A DNA stretch of 64,000 bases from Planctomycetota bacterium (GTDB lineage Bacteria; Planctomycetota; Brocadiia; JAADGH01): positions 224,001-288,000 of the forward strand of contig JBFMAD010000001.1 in NCBI GenBank assembly GCA_040755855.1, in the 5' to 3' direction. Under the pieces are notes generated by a model. That model was given only the letters and a program-made list of their open reading frames with translations. It was not told where the DNA came from and searched no databases. This document shows, one piece after another, positions 1-9,494 of this stretch. Each line of letters opens with the position of its first letter. Position 1 is the first letter of the stretch. The position numbers were made by a program, and so were the translations under genes.

Positions 1-622
1 CGAATAGGATGCGAACCATCTCGCGGAGAGAGATGCGCCGGTCCGTTGCCCCGTCCAGGCTCTTGGGGTAGCCCAAAAAATTGATGACCCCCAGGACATA
101 GGGGATGATGGAGAAATAGAAGATATACACGTAGTTCTGGCTGATGAACACAAGCGCCGCGGCGATGACGACCGATACCGCCGAGCCGATCTGCGACCAC
201 GCGCGCGTGAAGCCATAGACCTTCGTCTTCTCGTCAGCGCGGCCCTGCTGGGCGAGCCAGTCGAAGATCATCGCCTTGTGCGTGCCGGTGCGGAATGCCT
301 CGCCGACGGCGAAAAGGAACATGGCCGGAAAGAACTGCCAGTACTCGCGGCCCAGGCCGAAGGCGACAAAAGAGACAATATAGGCGAAGAACGATAGGAT
401 CATCGAGCGCCGCCGCCCCCACACGTCGGCCACCGCACCGCTGGGAACCTCGAAAAGATAGATGCATATCTCCCGGAAGGAGATGAGGTAACCGATCTGG
501 GTGTAGCTCATGCCCTTCTGTATGAAGGCAAGGATCAGGAACGACTCGTAGTACTGCTGGTTTTTCAGAAACCCGTAGAGGGAGAAACGAAAAAGCATCG
601 GCGTCTCGACTCCATGCGACAT
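1..622 (-). CDS. MFS transporter (5' part; runs off the left window edge)
   Basis: Not in the ORF track. Manual translation from ATG 622 (or 598): MSHGVETPMLFRFSLYGFLKNQQYYESFLILAF...FEVPSGAVADVWGRRRSMILSF...GEAFRTGTHKAMIFDWL. MFS motif A (GxxADxxGRR) and multiple hydrophobic helices. Confidence 0.85.
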   Translation of the reverse strand, partial: MSHGVETPMLFRFSLYGFLKNQQYYESFLILAFIQKGMSYTQIGYLISFREICIYLFEVPSGAVADVWGRRRSMILSFFAYIVSFVAFGLGREYWQFFPAMFLFAVGEAFRTGTHKAMIFDWLAQQGRADEKTKVYGFTRAWSQIGSAVSVVIAAALVFISQNYVYIFYFSIIPYVLGVINFLGYPKSLDGATDRRISLREMVRILF

Positions 623-727
623 CACTGTGGGATGCCATTATATCCCGAAACGTGTTTACAATGACAACATGATTTTGTATCTTGACGTCGTGGACTATGC
701 CCCAAGCAATGTTCCGGGAGACTGCAC

Positions 728-2761
728 ATGAGGAAAACCATATCGCTCTTCGCGGCAATTATTCTCCTCCACGGATGCGCCAAGCCCCCATCCCCCGCGG
801 CGCCTGCCGAGAAACTACCGCCCATCCGGATTGACAAGGTTGATCTCGACCAGGACGGCGAGGCGGAGGTCGTGATCGAGAACGATTGCCTCAAGCTCAT
901 CGCCCTTCTGCCCCAGAGCAAGGGCGTAGAGAAATACGAGACACGCTTCGTCTGGGGCGGATGGATTACTGATGCGATCTCCAAACCAGTCGGCCTGAAC
1001 CACATGGTCGGCAGATACTTCCGCCACGGCGACATTGATTGGGACCACGCGCACTACCTCGGCCTGCCCGATCAGTTCGAGAAGACGATCCTCCTCGATG
1101 AGACAGAGACGCTGCGCAAGGAACTCCTTATCGGCGTCGGCGTCCTGTCGCGCGAGAAGGGACCCGCCGCCAAAGGGGCCAAGTGGACCCTCGCGGAGAC
1201 CGCGCCGTGGACGTTCAAGGTCGAGGACCGTCCCGACGGCGCAAAGATCGCATGCTTCACTCAGAACCTGAACACCAGCTACGGTTACGCCTACGAGCTG
1301 ACGCGGCGCATCCTCGTCGAGCCGGAGAGATCGGTCTTTCGCATCGAGACCACCCTCCGCAACACCGGCGCCAAGCCCATTGACACGGACTGGTATCTGC
1401 ACCCCTTCTTCGCCTACGGCGGCTACGGCGGCGAATGCTGGCAGGAGATTCCTCTGGCCCTCGGAGACAAGGGCGAAGTGCGCCGAGAATCGTTTGCCCT
1501 GCCGACGATGCAGCCCCCCGGCACGGTGTGGGGCTGGCTCACGCCGCCGGAACTGGGCGGGGAGAACTGGTTTGCCACGGGAGGCGGCGAGAAAGAATTG
1601 TTCTTCGCGGCGCGATGGGAATTCCCCCTCCTCCGCCTGCGCAACTGGCTGCGCGGGCGCACCTACGCCATCGAGCCGTTCACGAAGATTGACCTCCTGC
1701 CGGGGAAGGAAGCAACCTGGGGCATGGACATCATTCTCGGCTCGGGCCTGTCACAGGTCGCCCATGTGGACCGACAGGGCGCCTTCGATGCCCGCATTTC
1801 CAAGCCGGATCAGTTCGAGATTCTGTTTATGCCCACAGCGCCCATCGAGGATGGCCTCGTGCACATCCGCATCGAGTCGTTGGGCGGGGTCGGCATCTTC
1901 GACGAGACGCGGCCCATTAAGAAATGCGCCGCCGGTTCGACATGTCGGGTCCCTGTGGATGTGCTGCTGCCGGACGACCGGCCCGTGCGCGTCAAGATTG
2001 CCGTCACCGTCGAAGCCAAGAAGCTGATCGAGGCGTCGCGGGTGGTCAATCCGCGAGGGGCCGCGCGCGGCCCCTCCATGAAGCGTCTCGCCGGCAAACG
2101 GGTACTCATCGTCGCCGACAGCAACGACCCGACGCGCCGGAATGAACTGCTCTACCTCTGCGCCGCCCTCGGGCGCGAGGGCGCAAGCATCGAGTCCGCG
2201 TCCCCCTCGAAACTGCCCGCGCTGAGTCCCTTCCACGTCGTCGTCCTCCTGAGCGCCGCCGACCTGGATGCGGGCGGCCTCCGCCGCTATCTCGAAGCCG
2301 GAGGGGGGCTGTTCGCAACCGCGCCGTTCGCCATGTCGCTTCAGCCGATGCTCCCCACCGGCGGGATGCCTGAGCCTGTCGAACGGGTGGAGCGTCCCCC
2401 CATGCCCCAGCGCTCCGGCGATCCCCAGGCCGAGAACATCCCGGCGCTGCGGATCCACCTGGTCCCCGGCATCGAGCACCCCATTCGTCGCGGATTGCCC
2501 CTCTATCCCGAGACCGTTCAGAGCATCGGGCGTTTCTACCACGTAAAGCCGGGGCGGGGGGCGGATGTTGTTCTTCGCTATACCGACGGTCACGCGCCGG
2601 CGCTGATTCTGGATTCCGGGAAGCGGGTCGCGGTGTTTATGAGCCCCCTCGCCTGGGGCGAACCGGCGCACTGGATCCTGTGGGGGACGTTTTCCGAGTA
2701 TCACCGCGAACTCATGATACGGATCGTGATCTGGTGCTGCGAAAAAGGGAAGGCGACCTGA
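728..2761 (+). CDS. Secreted lipoprotein; N-terminal galactose-mutarotase-like beta-sandwich, C-terminal class I glutamine-amidotransferase-like (ThuA/trimerisation-type) domain
   Basis: Lipobox LLHGC; 'IETTLRNTG...WYLHPFF' and 'YAIEPF' resemble the aldose-epimerase fold; C-terminal 'LRRYLEAGGGLF...HPIRRGLP'. Domain calls by eye. Confidence 0.55.
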   Translation: MRKTISLFAAIILLHGCAKPPSPAAPAEKLPPIRIDKVDLDQDGEAEVVIENDCLKLIALLPQSKGVEKYETRFVWGGWITDAISKPVGLNHMVGRYFRHGDIDWDHAHYLGLPDQFEKTILLDETETLRKELLIGVGVLSREKGPAAKGAKWTLAETAPWTFKVEDRPDGAKIACFTQNLNTSYGYAYELTRRILVEPERSVFRIETTLRNTGAKPIDTDWYLHPFFAYGGYGGECWQEIPLALGDKGEVRRESFALPTMQPPGTVWGWLTPPELGGENWFATGGGEKELFFAARWEFPLLRLRNWLRGRTYAIEPFTKIDLLPGKEATWGMDIILGSGLSQVAHVDRQGAFDARISKPDQFEILFMPTAPIEDGLVHIRIESLGGVGIFDETRPIKKCAAGSTCRVPVDVLLPDDRPVRVKIAVTVEAKKLIEASRVVNPRGAARGPSMKRLAGKRVLIVADSNDPTRRNELLYLCAALGREGASIESASPSKLPALSPFHVVVLLSAADLDAGGLRRYLEAGGGLFATAPFAMSLQPMLPTGGMPEPVERVERPPMPQRSGDPQAENIPALRIHLVPGIEHPIRRGLPLYPETVQSIGRFYHVKPGRGADVVLRYTDGHAPALILDSGKRVAVFMSPLAWGEPAHWILWGTFSEYHRELMIRIVIWCCEKGKAT

Positions 2762-2768
2762 GGGGCCC

Positions 2769-2808
2769 GACCTCCCGGATGTTCGGAACCTCCGGGAGGT
2801 CGAAACCT
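2769..2808. repeat. REP-like palindromic repeat, copy 1
   Basis: GACCTCCCGGATGTTCGGAACCTCCGGGAGGTCGAAACCT; perfect 12-bp arms 2768-2779/2791-2802; 38/40 identical to 42290-42329; lies between convergent genes. Confidence 0.85.
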
Positions 2809-2830
2809 GATATGCTCCCCGGCACCTGAC

Positions 2831-4291
2831 CTACCGGATATACCCCCGCTTCCGACACTCGGAAATGAACGCCCCATGTTGGTCGGCATAGGCCTGCGCT
2901 CTGTCGGGCCTCGGCCCGATCTCCTCGGCGAAATGGACCATGGCCTGGGTGGCGCTGGTGAGGCTGGGATAGGCCGAGTGCGAGGCGGCCAGGAGGCAGC
3001 AGCCGAAGGCCGACTCGGCGACCTGTGGGCGCAGGAGGGGGCGGCCCAGGATGTCGGCGCGAATCTGCATCCACTCGCAGCTTTTCGAGCCGCCGCCTGT
3101 GGCGAAGATGCGGTCGTTGATGGAGACGCCCAGTTCGGCCAGCAGATCGTAGCACATCCGTTCCACATGGGCGACGCCTTCGAGGAGAGCGGCGTATCGC
3201 TCAGTTTCGTCCCTGGGATCGCCGATGAGGAATCCCGTCGCGTCTTTCTTTGCAAAGGGGAAGCGCTCGCCCGTGCGTTCGAGGGGATAGGCCAGAAGGC
3301 CGGTGGGCGATATGCCGATGGCCTGCTTGTCCAGTTCGGGGAAGTTGCGTCCTGCGAACTGATGTGCGAGGCATTCGCCGCCGACGTTGCTCGCGCCGCC
3401 GGGGAGCCAGTAGCCGGAGGGGTGTCTGTGGCTGTAGAGCCTGCCCTCGGGGTCAATGAGGATCTTCTCGGAGATGCCCTTTATGACAAGGGTCGTGCCG
3501 AGGGTGGAGTTGAAGTCGCCCACCTGCGACGCGCCGGAGGAGAGGAATCCGGCGGTGCCGTCGCTGACGCCGGCGACGGCCTTGGTTCGGAGCGAGAGGC
3601 CGGTGGCCTCGGTGCAGGCGAGGCAGAGATTGGCAATGAGCCTGCCGGGCTTCACGAGGTCCGGCAGCTTCTCCAGAGGGATGCCGAGACGGGACGGGAT
3701 GAAACGGGGCCAGGCGCTCTGGAAGAGGTTGCAACCCGTTTTCAGGGCGGAGGATAGATCGGTTGTTGCGAAGTCGCCCGTGAGTCGTCCCATGATGTAG
3801 TCGGTGGCATGGATGAAGCGGTGGGCCTGCTCGAAGATGCGGGGTTCGTGGTTCTTGATCCAGAGGATTTTTGCCAGGGCGTAGGAGGACGAGAATCGGT
3901 AGCCATGCTGCCGGCAGTGCTCGACTGCCACGCTGTTGATCTCCTCGGCCTCGGCCTCGGCCCGCGCGTCGTTATACATGATGGCCGAACGCAGGGGGCG
4001 GCCTGCGGCGTCAATGGGGAGGATGGTTCCCGATGTCGAGTCAACGCTCAATGCGACAATGCGATCGGATGAGACGCCATTCTTGCCGAGTTGAGAGACG
4101 ACTTGATTGATGCAGGCAACGGTGGCCTGCCACCACTGCTGGGGGTCTTGCTCGTGCCAGCCGGGATTCCGCGCGACGTTGGCAGGCGAGGAGAAGGGTC
4201 GCGACGCGCTGGCCGCGAGGGATCCCTGCTCGTCGGCAACGATGCATCGCGCTCCCTGTGTGCCGACGTCAATGCCGAGGAAGTATTTCAC
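2831..4291 (-). CDS. FGGY-family carbohydrate kinase (xylulokinase/ribulokinase-like)
   Basis: GIDVGTQG, HEQDP..WW, DSTSGT, AIMYNDAR, GVSDGTA, TGGGSKS motifs. Start reassigned to GTG 4291 (GAGAGG RBS upstream); the ORF track starts at 4345. Confidence 0.9.
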   Translation of the reverse strand: MKYFLGIDVGTQGARCIVADEQGSLAASASRPFSSPANVARNPGWHEQDPQQWWQATVACINQVVSQLGKNGVSSDRIVALSVDSTSGTILPIDAAGRPLRSAIMYNDARAEAEAEEINSVAVEHCRQHGYRFSSSYALAKILWIKNHEPRIFEQAHRFIHATDYIMGRLTGDFATTDLSSALKTGCNLFQSAWPRFIPSRLGIPLEKLPDLVKPGRLIANLCLACTEATGLSLRTKAVAGVSDGTAGFLSSGASQVGDFNSTLGTTLVIKGISEKILIDPEGRLYSHRHPSGYWLPGGASNVGGECLAHQFAGRNFPELDKQAIGISPTGLLAYPLERTGERFPFAKKDATGFLIGDPRDETERYAALLEGVAHVERMCYDLLAELGVSINDRIFATGGGSKSCEWMQIRADILGRPLLRPQVAESAFGCCLLAASHSAYPSLTSATQAMVHFAEEIGPRPDRAQAYADQHGAFISECRKRGYIR

Positions 4292-4493
4292 AAGGGCCTC
4301 TCGTGTCTGCTGAAGGGATAATCCACGCGCGGCGGCCGTTTTCATGCCGGCCTATCACCCGTGCAATATACCATAGACGTGGGAATGTGCAACTGAATTA
4401 TGGCGGGTACAGAAAACGACTGGTGCGACGCGGCTTATGCTGTGCGTCCGGTCGGCAGGAATGCAATAATAGATTGGATCTGCAAGGATGCCT

Positions 4494-4742
4494 TCAATCT
4501 TCTTCAGAAAGCAGGTCTTGAACAAGCTCTGAGTCCCGGACGCCGAGGAAGCGCACGCCGGTCAGGACGCATCGCGCTGTCCGCCCGGGGGTCACATTGG
4601 CCAGTTCCTTGGCACATCGGCGGCAACGTCTGTTGCCGGGGCCGGACGACATGAACATCCGGTCGCAGGAGAGGCAGCGGCGCATTTTGCGCAGCTCCCC
4701 CCCAAGAGCAAATCCCTTGCGTCTCCTTCGTGATCTAAACAT
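4494..4742 (-). CDS. Small basic CxxC...CxxC zinc-ribbon protein (82 aa)
   Basis: RRCLSCDRMFMSSGPGNRRCRRC; GGAGAAGGG RBS before ATG 4742. Confidence 0.6.
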   Translation of the reverse strand: MFRSRRRRKGFALGGELRKMRRCLSCDRMFMSSGPGNRRCRRCAKELANVTPGRTARCVLTGVRFLGVRDSELVQDLLSEED

Positions 4743-5035
4743 CCCTTCTCCAATATCGCAAAATGAGAAAAACACCGCCTAACGCCCCGTTCCAGTAGTA
4801 TATACGCACTTTCCTTGCCGAACGTTCAGGAAAAATGCCATTAAAAATGTTTAATGTCATTCGTCCTGCAGCCATCGGTCTTTCTTTTGTATATTTTTAG
4901 ACGCTGCTTCCTTCTCAGAAGTTCGAAAAAATCCATATTTTCTTTTGCGGGTGCAAGCCAAGGGCGAGTTGCCGCGCGGCTTCTTTACAGTTCGGCAAAT
5001 CTCTTTACCTTGCGGATGTGTTGCGGAATTTTTCG

Positions 5036-5065
5036 TTGACAAGATTGGGTATGGGGGGGTAGAAT
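5036..5065 (+). promoter_or_regulatory. Sigma70-type promoter upstream of the fabZ-like gene
   Basis: TTGACA (5036-5041), 18-nt spacer containing G7, TAGAAT (5060-5065). Confidence 0.6.
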
Positions 5066-5150
5066 TGAAATTCCTAAAGCGATGCCCATCTCGACCCGAG
5101 TGCCGATATCGAGTTGTATTGCGCGGAGTATCTTTACGTAGGGATCAGTC

Positions 5151-5624
5151 ATGCCCCCCCAATTGTTGGTAAACCTCGACGGGATTGACTTAAACCAAGT
5201 GGAAGTGCCCATTGACGGGGTTCGGGAATGTAATCCCCAGCGCTATGAGATGGAGCAGATCAACGGCATCATCCGATTCGATCCTGGCAACCAGTATGTG
5301 GTTGCCTACAAGGATGTTCGCGACGACGAGTTTTGGGTCCGAGGCCACATTCCCGGGCGGCCGCTGCTGCCGGGGGTGTTGATGGCCGAGGCGGCGGCCC
5401 AGGCATGCACGTATTACTACAAGCGGTGCACGAAAGATGAGCGGTTTCTCGGGTTTGGGGGACTGGACCAAGTGAAGTTCCGGGGAACCGTTGTCCCAGG
5501 GGATCGTCTCATCATCATCGCAAAGAATATCGAACTCAAGAGCCGACGGGCCGTCTTCGAGACGCAGGGGGTTGTGAACGGACGGGTCGTTTTCGAGGGG
5601 GTCGTAACAGGGATGCCGGTATAG
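5151..5624 (+). CDS. fabZ: Beta-hydroxyacyl-ACP dehydratase (FabZ/FabA hotdog fold)
   Basis: PQRYEM, EFWVRGHIPGRPLLPGVLMAEAAAQ, VKFRGTVVPGD. Confidence 0.85.
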   Translation: MPPQLLVNLDGIDLNQVEVPIDGVRECNPQRYEMEQINGIIRFDPGNQYVVAYKDVRDDEFWVRGHIPGRPLLPGVLMAEAAAQACTYYYKRCTKDERFLGFGGLDQVKFRGTVVPGDRLIIIAKNIELKSRRAVFETQGVVNGRVVFEGVVTGMPV

Positions 5625-5696
5625 GGGCTTATGGCCCCTTGCGAGCGGCGCGCGTGGGCCGCCGACTGGGCCCCAAGGCCGAGACGGAGTTGTACC

Positions 5697-7358
5697 ATGG
5701 CGATTGACGTTGAATGCCCAAATCCCGACTGTGGGTGCCGAATGCAGTTCGATTCGGTTCCGGCGGACGGAGAGATCACCTGCCCGGCCTGTGGGGAGAA
5801 GATTCAAGTGGCCGAGCCGGAGGAAGCCGCAGAAGAGGTCAAGGATACCCCCGCCATCCAGGAGGAATACCGGCGCGCGGAGGAAATGGCCGAGCAGACG
5901 GTGCTGGACCTGGAGCCTGTTCTAGTCGCTCCGCCCGTGGCGCAGCCTACGGTGGCGGCCCCCGCAAAGCCTGCGGAGGAAGCCGATCTGGACGAAGGGG
6001 GGGAGGATCGCCCCATCCACCAGTGGGTGGGCGAAACGGCGGCGAGCCCGCCGGACACCCCAACGCAGTCCCGAGTAAAGCGGGTGCGCGAGTTGCCGCC
6101 GGTGCTCATCGTGTCGGTGTTTAGCTGTACACTTCTTATCGTCCTCATCATCGGCAAGTGGTACATCCAGACGGGGCGCTGGGCAGGGGAGACACCCGAA
6201 CCGCCGCCCTCTCCCGCAGCCCCCCAGCCGAAGGAAGAGGGACCCTCCCCAGTAGAAGGCAAGGCGTCGGTTGACGGGTGGGGATCGGACGAGGAGATTG
6301 CAAAAAAGCTGGGGAAGCGGCTTGAGGAGTGGGAGAAAAGCCGACCCGACCCGAAATTTGTCACCGTCAAGAGCGACGGCACGGCAAACTTCAAGACCAT
6401 TCGTGAGGCTTTGATGACCGTCGAGAGCGGCGGAGTTGTGGAAATCCAGGACAGCCACATCTATGACGAGGGCAATGTGGGGAGTTACAATAGCGAGGAC
6501 CCGGAGGAGAGAGGGGTCAACCGAAAGCGAAACGTCACCATCCGGGTGGCCAACGGAAAAAGGGCGGGCATCCGATGGCCGGCCGACATGGAACTGAAGA
6601 ACTATAGCAATTACCTGCTGTATATCGGGGCGGACTGGAAGATTCGGAATCTGGTTTTCGTAGGGCATAATTCAAAAAAGATCTCGGCGGTTGGGAGTTA
6701 CTATGGCGGCCTGGATGTGCGCGGGTGCACGTTTTCGCACCTGCGATACGGCGTCATGCGCGGGTCAAACCATGAGGAGACCGAGATCCGCGACAGCGTG
6801 TTCCAGGATGTCTACGGGGCTGTGCTGCTCGCCGCCTCGTCCGAGATGCCCCACGTAGTCTTCCACAATAACTTGGTGAAGAACGCCGGCAGCGTTTTCG
6901 TAGTCTATCAGCCAAAAGATCAGGCGGGAACCCCTGATCTGCTTGCCTTTTCAGTGTATGAGAACATCTTTATCGAGGTTGGCGATCTTCTCCGCGGGGG
7001 CGCTTTGCCGAAGCGGATGGATCTGAGGTGGAACTACAACTGCTTCTGGAAGATGGGCGGGCCCGGCGCCCCCTCCTCGCAGGGACAGTCATCCGAGCCG
7101 AATGTTCTGGCCACACATCTCACCGGACTGCAGAAGGCCAAAAAATGCGACGAACAGTCAATTACGGCGGATCCCCTTCTCTTGAAGGATGGCCGCTTGG
7201 ACGCAAATTCCCCCTGCCGCGGCAAGGGCAGAAACGGAGGAGACATGGGGGTCAACTGGTCGCACATTACAGCACAGGCCGGTTCAGACCCCGACACGGG
7301 CGCCGCGCCCGGCAAGGGTGAAGGACCGGGAAAGGCAAGCAAGACGAGCGGGCTATAA
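5697..7358 (+). CDS. Membrane-anchored protein: N-terminal Zn-ribbon, Pro/Glu linker, TM helix, extracytoplasmic right-handed beta-helix (pectin-lyase-like)
   Basis: CPNPDC...CPACG; TM VLIVSVFSCTLLIVLIIG; VTVKSDGTANFKTIREAL (pectinesterase-like start); C-terminal DPLL...SPCRGKG...DMG. Start ATG 5697 with GGAG RBS. Confidence 0.7.
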   Translation: MAIDVECPNPDCGCRMQFDSVPADGEITCPACGEKIQVAEPEEAAEEVKDTPAIQEEYRRAEEMAEQTVLDLEPVLVAPPVAQPTVAAPAKPAEEADLDEGGEDRPIHQWVGETAASPPDTPTQSRVKRVRELPPVLIVSVFSCTLLIVLIIGKWYIQTGRWAGETPEPPPSPAAPQPKEEGPSPVEGKASVDGWGSDEEIAKKLGKRLEEWEKSRPDPKFVTVKSDGTANFKTIREALMTVESGGVVEIQDSHIYDEGNVGSYNSEDPEERGVNRKRNVTIRVANGKRAGIRWPADMELKNYSNYLLYIGADWKIRNLVFVGHNSKKISAVGSYYGGLDVRGCTFSHLRYGVMRGSNHEETEIRDSVFQDVYGAVLLAASSEMPHVVFHNNLVKNAGSVFVVYQPKDQAGTPDLLAFSVYENIFIEVGDLLRGGALPKRMDLRWNYNCFWKMGGPGAPSSQGQSSEPNVLATHLTGLQKAKKCDEQSITADPLLLKDGRLDANSPCRGKGRNGGDMGVNWSHITAQAGSDPDTGAAPGKGEGPGKASKTSGL

Positions 7359-7410
7359 AGGCGCATGTCGGCGCGGGGCGTAAAGAACGGGCTCTGCGCC
7401 CGGAATAGCC

Positions 7411-7761
7411 CTACGAAATCTCATCTTCTTTCCTTTTCCGACAGTACTCGCGCAATTTTATTTTATCCACGTCGCGCATCTCGACAAACTGGATGCCCAT
7501 GTGGATCGTGCCGTCTTCCTTCTGGGAAAGATGGATTACCTTTCCCTTTGCATCTACAATCTCGTCGCCCAGGGCGATGCCGAAGTCAATCTGTGAAAGG
7601 AGGGGGAAGTGTTGCAGGGCTTCCAGAAGAATCCCTCCCTCGCTGATGTCCAGGGTCCGGCCCATTGTCTCGTTGTGACTTAAGCGCGAGACATCTACCT
7701 GTTCGCAATGCACCAGTCCTTTGAACGTGATCCGTGGAGTTTTGCGTTTCTCATCTGTCAT
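7411..7761 (-). CDS. Single-domain PilZ (c-di-GMP receptor) protein
   Basis: EKRKTPR (RxxxR) and DISEGG (D/NxSxxG) motifs, GIQF; start ATG 7761 with GGAGAG RBS. Confidence 0.85.
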   Translation of the reverse strand: MTDEKRKTPRITFKGLVHCEQVDVSRLSHNETMGRTLDISEGGILLEALQHFPLLSQIDFGIALGDEIVDAKGKVIHLSQKEDGTIHMGIQFVEMRDVDKIKLREYCRKRKEDEIS

Positions 7762-7871
7762 TTTATTCTCTCCAACGACCTGAGGAACCGGGTTGCCAAC
7801 TTCTGTTCGCTTTCCTTTTTTTCCATTTATTGCACATCCTGCGTTTTCTTTCAAGCAATTATTTACCCCTA

Positions 7872-8438
7872 TCACTCCAGATTTGAGTGCCTGGAAAGCA
7901 TCCTCGAATGTGTCTGCCTGAGTCGTTTCATTAACACAAGGCACAACGCATCAAGAAGGACCAGGGAGCACTGCTCAAACAACGTGCTCCCGAACTGCCG
8001 GGACCTGGCCTGCTTTGAGGGACTTCTCCCCTCGGCCTTGGACGGCGCGGGCGCCAGCACGGCCACGTCGGACATGCGCCACAGGCGAGAGCGCCGGCGG
8101 CCCGTCAGGCAGGCAATCGCGGCGCCGGCGGCCTTGGCCTTCTTGGCCATATGGCATGTTACATCGGTCGAACCCGAACAACTGATGGCGACCAGGAGAT
8201 CGCCCCTCCTGATTGCCGTTGCGGTGGATTCCCCAACAACTTGCGCCGATAGGCCCAGGTGATTCAGCCGCATCGCAAATGCGCGCGCCACAAGACCGGA
8301 ACGGCCCTGGCCGGTGGCGGCGATTCGCCGGGCCTTCAGGATGGCGCCAGCCAGGGTATCCATCTCGCCGGAATTCACGCGGGCAAGAGTTCTCTCGACC
8401 TCTTCAGTCACGATGCGCAGTGCTTGGGCGAAGTCCAT
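7872..8438 (-). CDS. hxlB: 6-phospho-3-hexuloisomerase-like SIS-domain protein
   Basis: GQGRSGLVARAFAMRLNHLG, VVGESTAT, ISCSGST, STLFEQ, terminal HSNLE. Confidence 0.85.
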   Translation of the reverse strand: MDFAQALRIVTEEVERTLARVNSGEMDTLAGAILKARRIAATGQGRSGLVARAFAMRLNHLGLSAQVVGESTATAIRRGDLLVAISCSGSTDVTCHMAKKAKAAGAAIACLTGRRRSRLWRMSDVAVLAPAPSKAEGRSPSKQARSRQFGSTLFEQCSLVLLDALCLVLMKRLRQTHSRMLSRHSNLE

Positions 8439-8466
8439 ATTACTCCCTTTCCGAGAATGCGAATAA

Positions 8467-8496
8467 ATGCTACCACAGCCTATAGGGGACTGTCAA
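8467..8496 (-). promoter_or_regulatory. Sigma70-type promoter for the hxlB-like gene
   Basis: Minus strand TTGACA (8496-8491), 18-nt spacer, TAGCAT (8472-8467). Confidence 0.5.
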
Positions 8497-8696
8497 CGAG
8501 GCGGCAGCAATGGAATCAACACGCCGGGCGAGCAAGCCGGGCTTCCAATGCCAAGTCGCCGTTGTGAGATTTCTCTTCGCTCTGCGAGAATCGTTATGTA
8601 TAATATGTTTTGCAATTGTGGTGAAGACGGCATTCCCACCATCCCACATCGGGGGCAAATTATCGGCACGTTCCTACATGGATAGGTGAATTAGTC

Positions 8697-9287
8697 ATGA
8701 TGTTTCCGGAAGTTATAGAAATCTCCGAATCGAGTTCGGCGGATCGCCTGCGCTGGTGGAATTGGTGGCCGATGCTCCTGGGCCCGGCGGATATGCTGTT
8801 CGTATGCCTCGCGCGCCGGCTTGGGTGGACATGGTTCCTCTCGAAGGGGCTGCACGAGGCGTTGGGGACCCACCTGACGGCGGCGGCGGCGGGTTGCTAC
8901 CTCCTCCTTGCGTGGCGCAGCGGCAATCCGGTCCATAAGCTCCTCGCCGCGCTGTCGATCGCGTTTTTGTGTCGGGAGATTCACTTCGCGGGGACCACTC
9001 ACGGCGTCTATGCGGCACTGGCGCTGCTTGTCCTGTGGGCGTGGCTGTGGCGCGGGCGGTTGAAGACGGGGGCGGCGGAGGGGCGGCTCCTGGTATGGTT
9101 GTGTGCCACCGCATTCACCTATATTCTCTCCGAGCTCGTCGCCCGCAACATCCTGAGGGTCGTCGGCATCCACTACGGACTTGAGATGCGATGCTGGACC
9201 GAGGAATCGCTCGAAAGCATGGCCCATGTCATGCTGATCATTACCGCATTCTCGGATCGTTTTCGCCGGCCGAAGGTCTCGCCCTGA
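8697..9287 (+). CDS. Hypothetical integral membrane protein
   Basis: About 6 hydrophobic segments with intramembrane charged motifs (CREIHF, EESLE). Confidence 0.6.
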   Translation: MMFPEVIEISESSSADRLRWWNWWPMLLGPADMLFVCLARRLGWTWFLSKGLHEALGTHLTAAAAGCYLLLAWRSGNPVHKLLAALSIAFLCREIHFAGTTHGVYAALALLVLWAWLWRGRLKTGAAEGRLLVWLCATAFTYILSELVARNILRVVGIHYGLEMRCWTEESLESMAHVMLIITAFSDRFRRPKVSP

Positions 9288-9395
9288 AGGCCGTAACAAT
9301 GGAAGGCGTTTGGCCCCGGAAAATCCCTTTACTGCATCTATTAGATGGTTCCGAGCAAAAGGTCGCTTTTTCACCAACAATTTCCGGGATAGCGC

Positions 9396-9424
9396 TTGAC
9401 AGACGGAAATCATCGGCCTATAAT
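9396..9424 (+). promoter_or_regulatory. Perfect-consensus sigma70 promoter for the 1118-aa secreted protein
   Basis: TTGACA (9396-9401), 17 nt, TATAAT (9419-9424). Confidence 0.85.
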
Positions 9425-9494
9425 AATATAACCTCCCAGGACGCACCAGGAAGCAGATTATTATTGAACCCAGACCTCTGGAAAGGGGAGTGTC

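Noticed and set aside
234..758. 174-aa minus-strand ORF from the track
   Set aside because: Wrong frame; the MFS transporter frame starting at 622 explains the region.
2769..2808. CRISPR repeat interpretation of the 40-bp palindrome
   Set aside because: Only two isolated copies about 39.5 kb apart, with no spacers and no cas genes.
8620..8680. Fluoride-riboswitch-like look (GGTG...CACC...CCTAC)
   Set aside because: The conserved GAUG and pseudoknot pairing are not satisfied, and the downstream gene is not a recognisable fluoride-related gene.
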